Assembly (NCBI GenBank): GCA_046462475.1
Contig: JBKGVB010000033.1
Location: 7,192-71,191 of the forward strand
Direction of reading: 5' to 3'
Length of the DNA: 64,000 bases
Origin: Candidatus Saccharimonadales bacterium
GTDB taxonomy: Bacteria > Patescibacteriota > Saccharimonadia > Saccharimonadales > Saccharimonadaceae
The notes under the pieces are model-generated. The model had not been told where the DNA came from. It saw nothing but the letters and a program-made list of their open reading frames with translations, and searched no databases. Within the stretch, counting starts at the first letter, position 1, and each line of letters starts with the position of its first letter. Made by a program: the position numbers and the translations under genes. Below, in pieces: positions 46,466 to 56,098 of this stretch.

Positions 46466-47869
46466 ATGAAGTACAAACGCACCAAAATGCTGGCGACGCT
46501 CGGACCAGCGACTAATTCACGTGAGCTCGTATATCAGCTCATCGAGCGAGGCGTCAATGGTTTTCGCCTTAATTTTAGCCATGGCAGCTACGAAGAGCGC
46601 GACCAGCAGATCACTTGGATTCGCGAGTGCTCCAAGGAACTGCAAAAGCCAGTGGCGATTCTGCAAGATTTGCAGGGACCAAAAATTCGCCTCGGCGCAT
46701 TCGATGGCACACATCCTGTCAAAAAAGACGAGGAATGGACACTTGTCTTTGACCAGCCAACCGACATCGATGCCAAGCGCGTCGAAGTACAGTACGATCT
46801 GAGCGAGAAGATGCAGTCAGGCGAGCGCCTCTATATCTTTGACGGAAAAATCCGCACCGAAGTCACTCATGTAACCTCGCGCGAAGTAACGATTCGCATT
46901 CTCAACGACGGTGTCATTATGCAAAAGAAAGGTATTAATGTACCAGACACCAACTTTGGTGGCGATATTTTAACTCCAAAAGATCTACGCGACATCGACT
47001 ATGGGGCGGGACAGGACATCGACTATGTCGCCCTCAGCTTTGTGCAGTCGGCAGAAGACATCACAACCTTGCGTCAACTGCTTGTAGAAAAAGGCTCGAC
47101 TGCGCAGATCATCGCCAAAGTTGAGACAAAAGCAGCGATCGAAGATATCGAGCTGAAGAAGATTGTCGAACAATCTGACGGCGTCATGGTAGCACGCGGC
47201 GACCTCGCCGTAGAAGTCAGCCCCGAAGTCGTGCCGGTCATCCAGCGCAAGATCATCTCACTATGCCAGGAGTATGGCAAACTTAGCATCGTCGCCACAC
47301 AAATGATGGCCAGCATGGTTGACGCGCCAGAACCAACTCGTGCAGAAGTAAGCGACGTCGCGACTGCCGTAATTTCTGGTGCAGACTGTGTCATGCTGAG
47401 CGATGAAACGGCAAATGGTAGCTATCCACTCGAGACAGTCACCCACATGAAAAAGGTGATTATGTACACCCAGGAAGCGCTTCCGGTCGACGTGACAAAA
47501 TCCCACGATGAATCAACCAAGCAAACAGCCATCAGTGCCGCAGCTGTTAGTCTCGCTGGACATATTCATGCTACGGCGATTGTCGCTGAGACAAAGAGCG
47601 GCAATACAGCCGTCAGTATTGCATCGCAGCGTCCAGCCATGCCAATCATCTCCGTCACAAGCAATCCGCGCGTCTCACAGCAACTTGCACTTATGTATGC
47701 AAACAAAAGCTTCTGCAGGCCAGATGGAGAAAAAGCCGGCTGGGAACTTGCCAAAAATCTTCGCGAATCAGGCTATCTTTCAGAAGGAGATACAATCGTT
47801 CTTGTCTCTGGTAAACAACCGGGTCTCATCGGCGGCACCGACACAATTCGTGTCCGTGTCCTAAATTAG
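46466..47869 (+). CDS. pyk: Pyruvate kinase
   Basis: KMLATLGPA, FRLNFSHG, MVARGDLAVE and MLSDETANG. Confidence 0.9.
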   Translation: MKYKRTKMLATLGPATNSRELVYQLIERGVNGFRLNFSHGSYEERDQQITWIRECSKELQKPVAILQDLQGPKIRLGAFDGTHPVKKDEEWTLVFDQPTDIDAKRVEVQYDLSEKMQSGERLYIFDGKIRTEVTHVTSREVTIRILNDGVIMQKKGINVPDTNFGGDILTPKDLRDIDYGAGQDIDYVALSFVQSAEDITTLRQLLVEKGSTAQIIAKVETKAAIEDIELKKIVEQSDGVMVARGDLAVEVSPEVVPVIQRKIISLCQEYGKLSIVATQMMASMVDAPEPTRAEVSDVATAVISGADCVMLSDETANGSYPLETVTHMKKVIMYTQEALPVDVTKSHDESTKQTAISAAAVSLAGHIHATAIVAETKSGNTAVSIASQRPAMPIISVTSNPRVSQQLALMYANKSFCRPDGEKAGWELAKNLRESGYLSEGDTIVLVSGKQPGLIGGTDTIRVRVLN

Positions 47870-47944
47870 CCCGACGCATTTCAGCCTTCGTTCAGTAAAT
47901 CTTCGTACAGTTACGTTCATATCAATCTAAACAAGGAACAATGA

Positions 47945-49366
47945 ATGAACGTCTTTTCACGAGGAGTCCGAAATGCTTTCAGAAATGGCATCAGGACGTT
48001 TTCAATCGTCATCATTTTAGGCATTAGCGTAGGACTAGCACTGGTCATGCTAGTCGCACGCTCGGCCGTTGAAGCAAAAATAAGCTCTGTCAAAAGCAGT
48101 ATCGGCACGACAATCAGTATCTCGCCAGCTGGCTTTACTCCTGGCAGTAGCGCCAATAACGCGCTCACGACTAATGAACTGGCGAAAGTAACATCACTCG
48201 CACATGTTTCGAGCGTCACAGAAAACCTCACTGATCGGCTATCGACCACCGGATCATCAACCCCAAGCTTTGGCTTCGGGCGTAACGGTTCATCCAGCAC
48301 AGAAAACTCAACCACTAGTCTCAAGTCACCAGTGACACTCGATAGCAATAGCTCAGGACGCCGCATCTTTGTTTCTGGAGGCGAGGGAACAACGGCACCA
48401 GCAAACTTTAGTCTGCCGATTTCTTTCCTCGGAACGACCACTCCAAATACGATTAACGGCAGCCCGATTACTATCAAAAGTGGCAAAACTATCGATGGTA
48501 GCTCAGACACAAATAACGCACTGATCAGTTCTAGTATGGCTAGTAAAAATAGCCTAAAAGTCGGCTCAACATTCACTGCCTATAAAACAACCCTCACCGT
48601 TGCCGGCATTTTTACAAGTGATAGTCAAAGCACAAATGACACGGTAGTTCTTGCACTGCCAAGCCTCCAACGTTTAAGCGGACAGTCTGGTGTTATCACT
48701 AGTGCAACGGCGACAGTCGATTCGCTCGATAATCTCTCCTCTGCAACAGCTGCCACAAAAAATGCCCTTGACTCGAGCGCGGATGTCACAAGCTCAGAAG
48801 AGCAAGCCAACAATACCGTTGCGCCGCTCAATGGTGTCAAAACCGTCACGCTTTACAGTATGATCGGTGCGCTCATTGCCGGCTCTGTCATTATCCTTCT
48901 GACGATGATGATGATCGTTCGCGAGCGTCGTCGCGAGATTGGTGTCATGAAAGCAATTGGCAGCTCAAACCTCAAAACGATGGTGCAGTTTATGACCGAA
49001 TCAGTGACCCTAACAGCGCTTGGACTGGTCGTTGGCTTAGCCATCGCGGTCACATGCGCCTCACCAATCACTAGCGCGCTTGTCTCAAATAGCACCTCGT
49101 CGTCAAGTCAATCATCAGCAGTACCCGGCCAGCCTTCACAGGGCATGCGAGGAGAAGCTGGCACGGGCGGCAGAGGATTCGGTGGCGACTTTGGACGTTT
49201 CGCCGGACAAGGTGCAACAAATCTCAAAAATATCCAAGCAACTGTTGGTTGGAGCACACTTGGCTACGGTATCCTAGTCGCACTAGTGATTGCCGTTATC
49301 GGTAGTGCCGTCCCGGCATACTTTATCAGCAGAATTCGTCCATCGGACGTTATTAGGGCAGAATAG
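47945..49366 (+). CDS. MacB/FtsX-type ABC transporter permease
   Basis: N-terminal TM helix, a large Ser/Thr-rich extracytoplasmic domain, and a C-terminal FtsX-like 3-TM module. Confidence 0.75.
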   Translation: MNVFSRGVRNAFRNGIRTFSIVIILGISVGLALVMLVARSAVEAKISSVKSSIGTTISISPAGFTPGSSANNALTTNELAKVTSLAHVSSVTENLTDRLSTTGSSTPSFGFGRNGSSSTENSTTSLKSPVTLDSNSSGRRIFVSGGEGTTAPANFSLPISFLGTTTPNTINGSPITIKSGKTIDGSSDTNNALISSSMASKNSLKVGSTFTAYKTTLTVAGIFTSDSQSTNDTVVLALPSLQRLSGQSGVITSATATVDSLDNLSSATAATKNALDSSADVTSSEEQANNTVAPLNGVKTVTLYSMIGALIAGSVIILLTMMMIVRERRREIGVMKAIGSSNLKTMVQFMTESVTLTALGLVVGLAIAVTCASPITSALVSNSTSSSSQSSAVPGQPSQGMRGEAGTGGRGFGGDFGRFAGQGATNLKNIQATVGWSTLGYGILVALVIAVIGSAVPAYFISRIRPSDVIRAE

Positions 49367-49375
49367 GAGACCATT

Positions 49376-50059
49376 ATGTTACAAGTTACGAATCTACAAA
49401 GAACTTTCGGCAGTGGCGACACAAAGGTTGAAGCAGTCAAAGATATCTCATTTACAGTTGGTGATGGTGAGTTTGTATCGATCATAGGCAAGAGTGGCAG
49501 CGGGAAGTCGACCTTACTAGGCCTCCTTGGCGCGCTCGATAAACCGACCGATGGCTCCATCATCGTAGGAGAAAAAGACATCACAAAGCTACACGACAGT
49601 GCACTGATTCGCTACCGCTCAAAAAAGATTGGCTTCGTATTCCAAAACTATAATTTAATTCCAAATCTCACCGCACTCGAAAACGTCATGCTATCTATGG
49701 AGTTTGCTGGAGTTAGCAAGCAAGAACGCAAAAGTCGAGCAGGCGAATTACTCGATCAGGTTGGCATCGAAGGAATCAAGCAAGATAGAAAGCCAGGCAA
49801 ACTAAGTGGCGGAGAGCAGCAGCGTGTCTCAATCGCTCGCGCACTCGCCAACAAGCCTTCACTCATCCTTGCCGATGAACCGACAGGCAACCTCGACAGT
49901 CAAACTGGAGAAATGATCTTCAATCTTCTGCACGATCTTTCACGAAGCGAAAATACAACCATTGTCGTCGTCACACACGACCTCGACATCGCAGGACGGA
50001 CCGACGCAACTTTCCGCCTTGCTGATGGTAAGCTCAAAAACAAAAATAAGCGGCGCTAA
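49376..50059 (+). CDS. ABC transporter ATP-binding protein (MacB/LolD-like)
   Basis: [26 protein letters not shown] and [11 protein letters not shown]. Confidence 0.9.
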   Translation: MLQVTNLQRTFGSGDTKVEAVKDISFTVGDGEFVSIIGKSGSGKSTLLGLLGALDKPTDGSIIVGEKDITKLHDSALIRYRSKKIGFVFQNYNLIPNLTALENVMLSMEFAGVSKQERKSRAGELLDQVGIEGIKQDRKPGKLSGGEQQRVSIARALANKPSLILADEPTGNLDSQTGEMIFNLLHDLSRSENTTIVVVTHDLDIAGRTDATFRLADGKLKNKNKRR

Positions 50060-51204
50060 GAAACTAGTCGTAGCGGTAGAGAAGTAGCGGTCTGGTTCTT
50101 CCACACATAAGCCTCTTCATCCGCAGTCATATTCACAGATCGGCCGCCATCAGTTACTTCCAAGTAGCGCTCGATACGGCCGATTTGGAGCATATGCGAG
50201 GCAGGATTCAATAGACTGGCGTGAATACCCCCGCGCACATGCTTCGTCAATATATGTGGATGTCCTTCAAATCGCTGCTTCCAAACTTCAGGCCACGACA
50301 TACCATCATGCCCATACAAGACCACATGCCCGCGAGCATCACGCGGCAACAGCTGATTTGCCTCAGCCCCAGCAGCAAGTGCTGGCATTGCGCCAACAAT
50401 CGAACCCAGCACAAAATTAGGTTCGCCCGATAGGGTTGATACGATACTGCCACCATGTCCTTGGCGTATCATACTCAGTAGTGCAAGTGAGCCAAGCCCA
50501 ACCTCGGTACCCATCCATGTCAAGAACCGTGGAATATCTTTAACCTCTAGTTTGTCCGGTACACACGGTGCTTTTATATCCATATAGGCAAGCTCAAGTC
50601 CATATGCCTTAGCGTAGATATGCTGGCGCAAGGCCTTCATCGCCGCCCGTGAGTCACCGATCACATATTGCCTACGAGGAAGTTCATAGTTCTTTGTTAG
50701 TTGATCAATAATTAGCTCCTCAGATTGTGCAGTCTTCGCAAGTGAAGTCTTTTGCGCCGTCAAGAATGTCTCTGGAAGCGACAGTAATCTGTCGACGTAT
50801 GGTAAATGTTGATTGCCCGAATGTTCAGCACCAATCCGTATTACAGGCGTACCGGTCCGTTCGACAACCCTATGAGCGCGCGGGCGCACATAGCCATCAT
50901 TATCTGTCGTCCAGGCCGCCCCATCAGTAACAACAAGATCTACATCCGTTTCATCAGGCAAGTCCAATCGAATATCACGCCAGATACTATCGTTTGTCCG
51001 AACTACCAGCACAACTTCACGACCAAATTTTGTTGCACGCTCATCGACGACTCGTATTTCATCGACATCAAGTCCATCGAAGAAGGGAGCTTCTTCATAT
51101 CGTCCATCATCCACTTCGACATCGCGCCATACAGCACCGGCACGCCGCTCTAAAACCTCATTTGAGGGAAGTACCTTTTCAAACGTGTCACGAATCTGTT
51201 TCAT
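50056..51204 (-). CDS. Hypothetical protein (382 aa), possibly alpha/beta-hydrolase-like
   Basis: Long clean ORF. The only hints of a family are GDSRAA and GGIHAS segments. Confidence 0.55.
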   Translation of the reverse strand: MKQIRDTFEKVLPSNEVLERRAGAVWRDVEVDDGRYEEAPFFDGLDVDEIRVVDERATKFGREVVLVVRTNDSIWRDIRLDLPDETDVDLVVTDGAAWTTDNDGYVRPRAHRVVERTGTPVIRIGAEHSGNQHLPYVDRLLSLPETFLTAQKTSLAKTAQSEELIIDQLTKNYELPRRQYVIGDSRAAMKALRQHIYAKAYGLELAYMDIKAPCVPDKLEVKDIPRFLTWMGTEVGLGSLALLSMIRQGHGGSIVSTLSGEPNFVLGSIVGAMPALAAGAEANQLLPRDARGHVVLYGHDGMSWPEVWKQRFEGHPHILTKHVRGGIHASLLNPASHMLQIGRIERYLEVTDGGRSVNMTADEEAYVWKNQTATSLPLRLVS

Positions 51205-51372
51205 GTTTGTCCCTTGGTAGTCCTTAGTGTCCTCAGCATACGCCCGCCGCTGCAGAAAAACAATAGCTTTTTAGATACATTTCGGGCATAATGAAGAAAA
51301 AGTGAAATAGGGGGCAATATCTCACCATTACCACTGACACGGTTTTGGCACCGACGTATTACCGAAGCGGCC

Positions 51373-53394
51373 ATGGTCGTTGCGGCGATTGTTGTTGTAC
51401 TTTATTTTTTGCCATACCTTGATAGCCTTGGACCGATCTCAAAATCGCTCATCATACCTGATTGGGGGGCGATCCTTGCGGCCGTAACTTTTAGCTTCGG
51501 ATTTCTCAGTTATTTATTTGCCCCACGAAAGTACATCTTTCCGACAGCCTTGAGTGTCTATTTATTGCTTGGCGCTACCACCGCAGAGCTCATCTTTGCC
51601 ACGGGTGGTACACACTCATCATTTGTAGGCTTGTGGCTTGCTGTTGCAGTATTTGCCAGTGTATTTGGCTGGTGGGGAGTTGCACCTCTCGCGCTGATTA
51701 CGCTTGGGTACGATGCCTATCTCTTTATAGAGAAACATCCGTCACTTGTCAGCCTACTCCTTGCGCTCATCATTGGCTTGGCTCCTCTCGTTGTTAGCTA
51801 TATCATTTTTCACATCAAGGCCAAAGGGCCAAACGAAGACAAAGCCTTCAACGACCTTGCAAGCGAGCTAAGCCAGGTCAGCAACAAGTCAGATGTCGTT
51901 ATTAACGCCATTGGAGACGGGGTAATCGCGCTCAATTCCAAGGGTGTGATCGAGCTCATTAATCCAGCAGCGCAACATATCATTGGATGGGGCACCTCCG
52001 ATGCGGTCGGCCTTGACTACAAATCCGTACTCAAACTCAGCGACAAAGAAGATAAGCCACTCACTACAGCTAACGATCCTATAGAACACGTACTGGGCGT
52101 CAATAGCGAAATCCACACAAAAGAGTTTTTCGTCACAACGGGGGGCGGGAAGCGGCTATTACTCTCACTCGTAGTGTCACCGATCGGGCAGCCGGGCGAG
52201 GGTGTTATTGTGGTATTCCAAGATATTACGCGTGAATCAGCCGAAGAACGCGAGCAGGCTGAATTTATATCGACAGCCAGCCATGAGATGCGCACGCCAG
52301 TCGCAAGTATCGAAGGCTACTTGGGTCTAGCCCTTAATCCAAACACCGCTCAGATAGACGAGAAAGCGCGCGACTTCATAGAGAAGGCGCACGCCTCCGC
52401 CCAGCACCTTGGCCGACTCTTCCAGGACCTGCTCGATGTGTCAAAAGCAGAAGATGGCCGCCTGTCGAATCACCCTGGCGTCGTAGACGTTGTTGATTAT
52501 ATCGGAGACATCGCTGAAGGCCTAAGGCCAAAAGCACAAGAAAAGGGCCTTACGCTTCTCTATAAGCCCGCTCCGGACGGCAATGACAAAGGTGACAGCC
52601 GTATCATCTCGCCAGTGTATTATGCCAATGTTGACAACGACCACTTGCGCGAAGTAGTCGCCAATCTCGTTGAAAATGCCATCAAATACACGCTAAAGGG
52701 CGATGTAGTCGTGGACGTGACAGGCGACGAAGAGCATGTCACGATAAGCATCAAGGACAGTGGTATTGGCATCGCCCCTGAAGACATGCCTCACTTGTTC
52801 CAAAAGTTCTACCGTGTCGACAACTCTGCTACACGTGAAATCGGCGGCACCGGCCTCGGCCTCTATCTATGCCGTCGACTAGCGGAAGTAATGGGTGGAC
52901 GCATCTGGCTTGATAGCGAATTTGGAAAGGGAAGTACGTTCTATCTGGAACTCCCACGCCTTGCTCAAGAAGAAGCAATGCATATGATTGATGCCCAGGG
53001 TGACATCTCGCCTGAATCAATGATCACTAACGAACACGGAACTATACTTGCAGACCCAACTCAAGGAATAACCGATACTGCCGACTCTGTCACGGAAGAT
53101 ATCAGCTCGATGCCACCAGTTCAAGTGGCGCAGGCAGCTCCCGCACAAGCACCGCCCGTCCAGATACCTATTTCTGTGCCTGAAATTACCATCCCCACGC
53201 CCGTCGCACCACAGCCACCTATGGCAGCACCTGTCGTCCAACAGCCAGCACCGGCACCTGTAGCCCCACCGACACTTGCGGCTATTGAGCAAAATCCCGC
53301 GTCATATCTTCCGCCAACACCAGCTGCACGATCAGCGAGTATCCAAATTCCAACTCGCCAAAATCCACAGAATCAAGATCAACCAAAAATCTAG
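51373..53394 (+). CDS. Sensor histidine kinase (multi-TM, PAS-like, HisKA/HATPase) with a ~130-aa Pro/Ala/Gln-rich C-terminal tail
   Basis: H-box STASHEMRTPVASI, N-box ENAIKYT and G-boxes DSGIGI / GTGLGL. The tail reads PPVQVAQAAPAQAPPVQIP... Confidence 0.85.
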   Translation: MVVAAIVVVLYFLPYLDSLGPISKSLIIPDWGAILAAVTFSFGFLSYLFAPRKYIFPTALSVYLLLGATTAELIFATGGTHSSFVGLWLAVAVFASVFGWWGVAPLALITLGYDAYLFIEKHPSLVSLLLALIIGLAPLVVSYIIFHIKAKGPNEDKAFNDLASELSQVSNKSDVVINAIGDGVIALNSKGVIELINPAAQHIIGWGTSDAVGLDYKSVLKLSDKEDKPLTTANDPIEHVLGVNSEIHTKEFFVTTGGGKRLLLSLVVSPIGQPGEGVIVVFQDITRESAEEREQAEFISTASHEMRTPVASIEGYLGLALNPNTAQIDEKARDFIEKAHASAQHLGRLFQDLLDVSKAEDGRLSNHPGVVDVVDYIGDIAEGLRPKAQEKGLTLLYKPAPDGNDKGDSRIISPVYYANVDNDHLREVVANLVENAIKYTLKGDVVVDVTGDEEHVTISIKDSGIGIAPEDMPHLFQKFYRVDNSATREIGGTGLGLYLCRRLAEVMGGRIWLDSEFGKGSTFYLELPRLAQEEAMHMIDAQGDISPESMITNEHGTILADPTQGITDTADSVTEDISSMPPVQVAQAAPAQAPPVQIPISVPEITIPTPVAPQPPMAAPVVQQPAPAPVAPPTLAAIEQNPASYLPPTPAARSASIQIPTRQNPQNQDQPKI

Positions 53395-53430
53395 TATTTT
53401 TAAAAGTGCTTATGGTACACTAGGGGTAAC

Positions 53431-54339
53431 ATGACTAAAATATTACTGGTCGAAGATGATAAAAGTCTTCGTGAGATTTACGGAGTTCGATTGCTTGCTG
53501 AAGGCTACGATATTGTATCGGCGGGCGATGGGGAAGAAGCGCTGGCTATGGCTATCAAGGACCGTCCTGCTCTCATCGTCTCAGATGTTATGATGCCAAA
53601 GATTTCCGGCTTCGATATGCTCGATATCTTGCGTTCGACCACCGAGACAAAAGACATTAAAGTCATTATGATGACCGCTCTTTCGTCTGAAGACCAACGA
53701 AAACGAGGCGAGCAGCTCGGCGCCGATCGTTATCTCGTAAAGTCTCAGGTAGGCATCGAGGATGTCGTTCGTGCTGTTCACGAAGTACTTGGTGATTCAC
53801 CGGTTCCAAGCTCTACACCATTTGGATCATCATCTCCAGTACCAGCTACACCTGCTCCGGCACCACAAGCATCAGGCATTGCCGCTGGCGCTCGTCCAGC
53901 AGCACCGACAGCACCAGCACCGCGTCCAGCAGCTCCCGCAAGCCCTGCTGCCGCACAACCTCAGCCAACCACAGGGTTGCCACAGCCGACTGCGCCATTC
54001 TCGACCCCACGTCCAGGGAGCGGCAATAGTCTTGCCGATCGCGTCATTCAGCCGATATCTCAATCAGATCCGGATGCAACACCAGTTGCAGACCTTATTG
54101 CAAAAGAACTTTCCGGTGACACTAACCCACCAGCGCCTTTTGCGGCACCTGCAGCTCCGGTCCCATCGATGCCTCAGACTCAGACTCCGGTCGCCCCACA
54201 ACAGCCAGCACCAGCACCGGCTCCAACCCCTACACCTATAGCGACTCCACCTCAGACACCCGCGCCGACTCCATCACCACAGCCAAGCAATCCTAATCCG
54301 CTTCCACCACTCACGCCTCCGCAACCACCAGCGGCCTAA
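53431..54339 (+). CDS. Response regulator receiver domain fused to a ~180-aa Pro/Ala/Gln-rich low-complexity tail, with no recognisable output domain
   Basis: Receiver motifs ILLVEDD...ALIVSDVMMP...TAL...KS. The tail reads PATPAPAPQ...PPLTPPQPPAA. Confidence 0.85.
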   Translation: MTKILLVEDDKSLREIYGVRLLAEGYDIVSAGDGEEALAMAIKDRPALIVSDVMMPKISGFDMLDILRSTTETKDIKVIMMTALSSEDQRKRGEQLGADRYLVKSQVGIEDVVRAVHEVLGDSPVPSSTPFGSSSPVPATPAPAPQASGIAAGARPAAPTAPAPRPAAPASPAAAQPQPTTGLPQPTAPFSTPRPGSGNSLADRVIQPISQSDPDATPVADLIAKELSGDTNPPAPFAAPAAPVPSMPQTQTPVAPQQPAPAPAPTPTPIATPPQTPAPTPSPQPSNPNPLPPLTPPQPPAA

Positions 54340-54355
54340 TTCTTTTAGCTTGCTC

Positions 54356-54364
54356 TGTTATACT
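54356..54364 (+). promoter_or_regulatory. Extended -10 box TGTTATACT, 9 nt before the ATG at 54374
   Basis: TGnTAnAnT match and its position relative to the start codon. Confidence 0.4.
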
Positions 54365-54373
54365 CGTATCTAG

Positions 54374-55063
54374 ATGACCGATACTGAATCTACTCGACTC
54401 AATAAATTCCTCGCACTTGAGCTTGGCATTTCTCGCCGCGCCGCCGACGAACTCATTGAGAAGGGGAAAGTTACCATTGATGACGCCATCGCCACCTTGG
54501 GTGCCCGCATCGCCCCCGATACAGTTGTCAAAGTAAATGGCAACATCGTAAAAAAAGATGCGGCTTTCGTCTATTTGGTACTCAACAAACCTGCAGGTTA
54601 CGTCTGCTCACGTCGTGCCCAAGGTGATAGCCCGACAATCTACACATTACTGCCAAACAAATACCATGCCCTTAAACCTGTCGGACGTCTCGACAAGGAT
54701 TCTTCAGGCCTTATTCTCCTCACAAATGATGGTGATTTCGCTCATCAGATGACTCATCCCAGCTTCCATAAAACGAAACTTTACGAGGTACGTGTCGACA
54801 AGCCGATTGAACCACTCCACCAACAGATGATCTCAGACTACGGCGTAGCTCTTGAAGATGGCGTCAGTAAGTTTGAGCTAGAGCGTCTCGACGACTCCCG
54901 CACCTCATGGCGCATTACCATGTCGGAAGGCCGCAATCGCCAGATTCGCCGTACCTTTGCTGCGCTTGGCTACACAGTTACCGCTCTTCATCGTACGAAC
55001 TTTGGATATTATTCACTTGGTGATATAAAGCGCGGAGAATATACTGAAGTCAATATTCAGTAG
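54374..55063 (+). CDS. RsuA/RluB-family pseudouridine synthase with an S4 domain
   Basis: S4-like LNKFLALELGISRRAADELIEKGKV and catalytic GRLDKDSSGLILLTNDG. Confidence 0.85.
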   Translation: MTDTESTRLNKFLALELGISRRAADELIEKGKVTIDDAIATLGARIAPDTVVKVNGNIVKKDAAFVYLVLNKPAGYVCSRRAQGDSPTIYTLLPNKYHALKPVGRLDKDSSGLILLTNDGDFAHQMTHPSFHKTKLYEVRVDKPIEPLHQQMISDYGVALEDGVSKFELERLDDSRTSWRITMSEGRNRQIRRTFAALGYTVTALHRTNFGYYSLGDIKRGEYTEVNIQ

Positions 55064-55081
55064 GTGATATAGAAATGAAAG

Positions 55082-55119
55082 AGGCGCCGAGTCCCTGGAA
55101 TCCCAGGAATTCGGCGCCT
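55082..55119. terminator. 9-bp GC-rich hairpin with a nested 5-bp stem, between convergent genes
   Basis: AGGCGCCGA (55082-55090) pairs with TCGGCGCCT (55111-55119). The inner stem is CCTGG/CCAGG. Confidence 0.55.
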
Positions 55120-55127
55120 TCTGCCTT

Positions 55128-56066
55128 TCACTCGACAATCGCTCTGATGCCCCAGTGGTCACTTGGACCGGAGCGAACGATCGTAAACTCATCGACTATT
55201 GTAGCCGACTCGTCATACAGCAGGTGATCCAGCTGAGCACCGAGCTTGACGCCGGTCTTCATCATGAGCGGCCGAGTCATTCGATGCTTTTCATCAGCAT
55301 CGACATAGCCCCCGACCGTAGTCAAATAGCCGAGCACTGGGTTGTCCGGCGACGTCATGTCGCGCAAACGCCTCGCCAGACTCACCAGACGACCGACCTT
55401 GCGCCGTACCTTCTGAAGAAAGCTCGTCGACTCGGGAAACTGCCGCAGTACATCCGGATCGATCTCCAGCCTCGACACCATCGAGATGAGGAAGCTAATC
55501 GGCCAGAAGTTCAGAGCACGGCCAAGCAGGCCGTCGTGATGGTCAGAGTTGAAGTCTCCGACCATCACAGGGCGACGATCATGTTGCGCATCCAGCAAGC
55601 CAAACAGCTCCTGGATCTGCAGCGTCCGGCGTTCGATCGTACGGTCATCAAGATGAACGCACAGAATCGTACGCTCCGGCGTAACTACCAGTGGAAAGTT
55701 ACGACCACCAGCACGAAGTACATCGACGTACGCTTCGAGTTCGGTACGTACGAGCACAATGTAGCCGTGCGTGTCACCGCGCCCGTCTTCGTCCTCATAG
55801 GGAACGATCCACCAGTGATATTCATTGCCGAATGCTCGCTCGATCGTTTCCTTGAGCCGAACTTCATCGGCCGAAGCCGAATAGCCTTCGATCAGAAAAA
55901 CGACGCCGGCATCCTGAGCAAGGACCACGTCCTGCATGTCCTGGTCGAAGATACGATCTTCGATGTTGTGCGAATAAATCGCATAGCCGGCCATGTGCTG
56001 GCTCCTGTCTGTAGAGTGATGTGAAAGAACTTTGGATATTTTAATATTTTCAATATAGTTTGTCAA
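55128..56066 (-). CDS. Endonuclease/exonuclease/phosphatase (EEP)-family protein, GC-rich
   Basis: MVGDFNSDHH and C-terminal GPSDHWGIRA motifs. TTG start. The 289-aa antisense ORF is Arg-rich noise. Confidence 0.65.
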   Translation of the reverse strand: MTNYIENIKISKVLSHHSTDRSQHMAGYAIYSHNIEDRIFDQDMQDVVLAQDAGVVFLIEGYSASADEVRLKETIERAFGNEYHWWIVPYEDEDGRGDTHGYIVLVRTELEAYVDVLRAGGRNFPLVVTPERTILCVHLDDRTIERRTLQIQELFGLLDAQHDRRPVMVGDFNSDHHDGLLGRALNFWPISFLISMVSRLEIDPDVLRQFPESTSFLQKVRRKVGRLVSLARRLRDMTSPDNPVLGYLTTVGGYVDADEKHRMTRPLMMKTGVKLGAQLDHLLYDESATIVDEFTIVRSGPSDHWGIRAIVE

Positions 56067-56079
56067 TACACCCTACATC

Positions 56080-56088
56080 TGTTATAAT
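56080..56088 (+). promoter_or_regulatory. Extended -10 box TGTTATAAT (within CATCTGTTATAAT), 10 nt before the der ATG
   Basis: Identical 13-mer to the pyk promoter at 46445-46457. Confidence 0.5.
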
Positions 56089-56098
56089 GTATTGAAAT

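Noticed and set aside
53100-54339. Repetitive CCAGCACC/GCACCGGC-type DNA as a tandem repeat or CRISPR-like array
   Set aside because: It is low-complexity coding sequence for the Pro/Ala/Gln tails of the kinase and regulator, without a fixed repeat unit or spacers.
55155-56024. A 289-aa plus-strand ORF overlapping the EEP gene
   Set aside because: The translation is Arg/His/Gln-rich with no motif, as is typical of the antisense frame of a GC-rich gene. The minus strand carries EEP catalytic motifs, and the flanking terminator and promoter layout fits that orientation.
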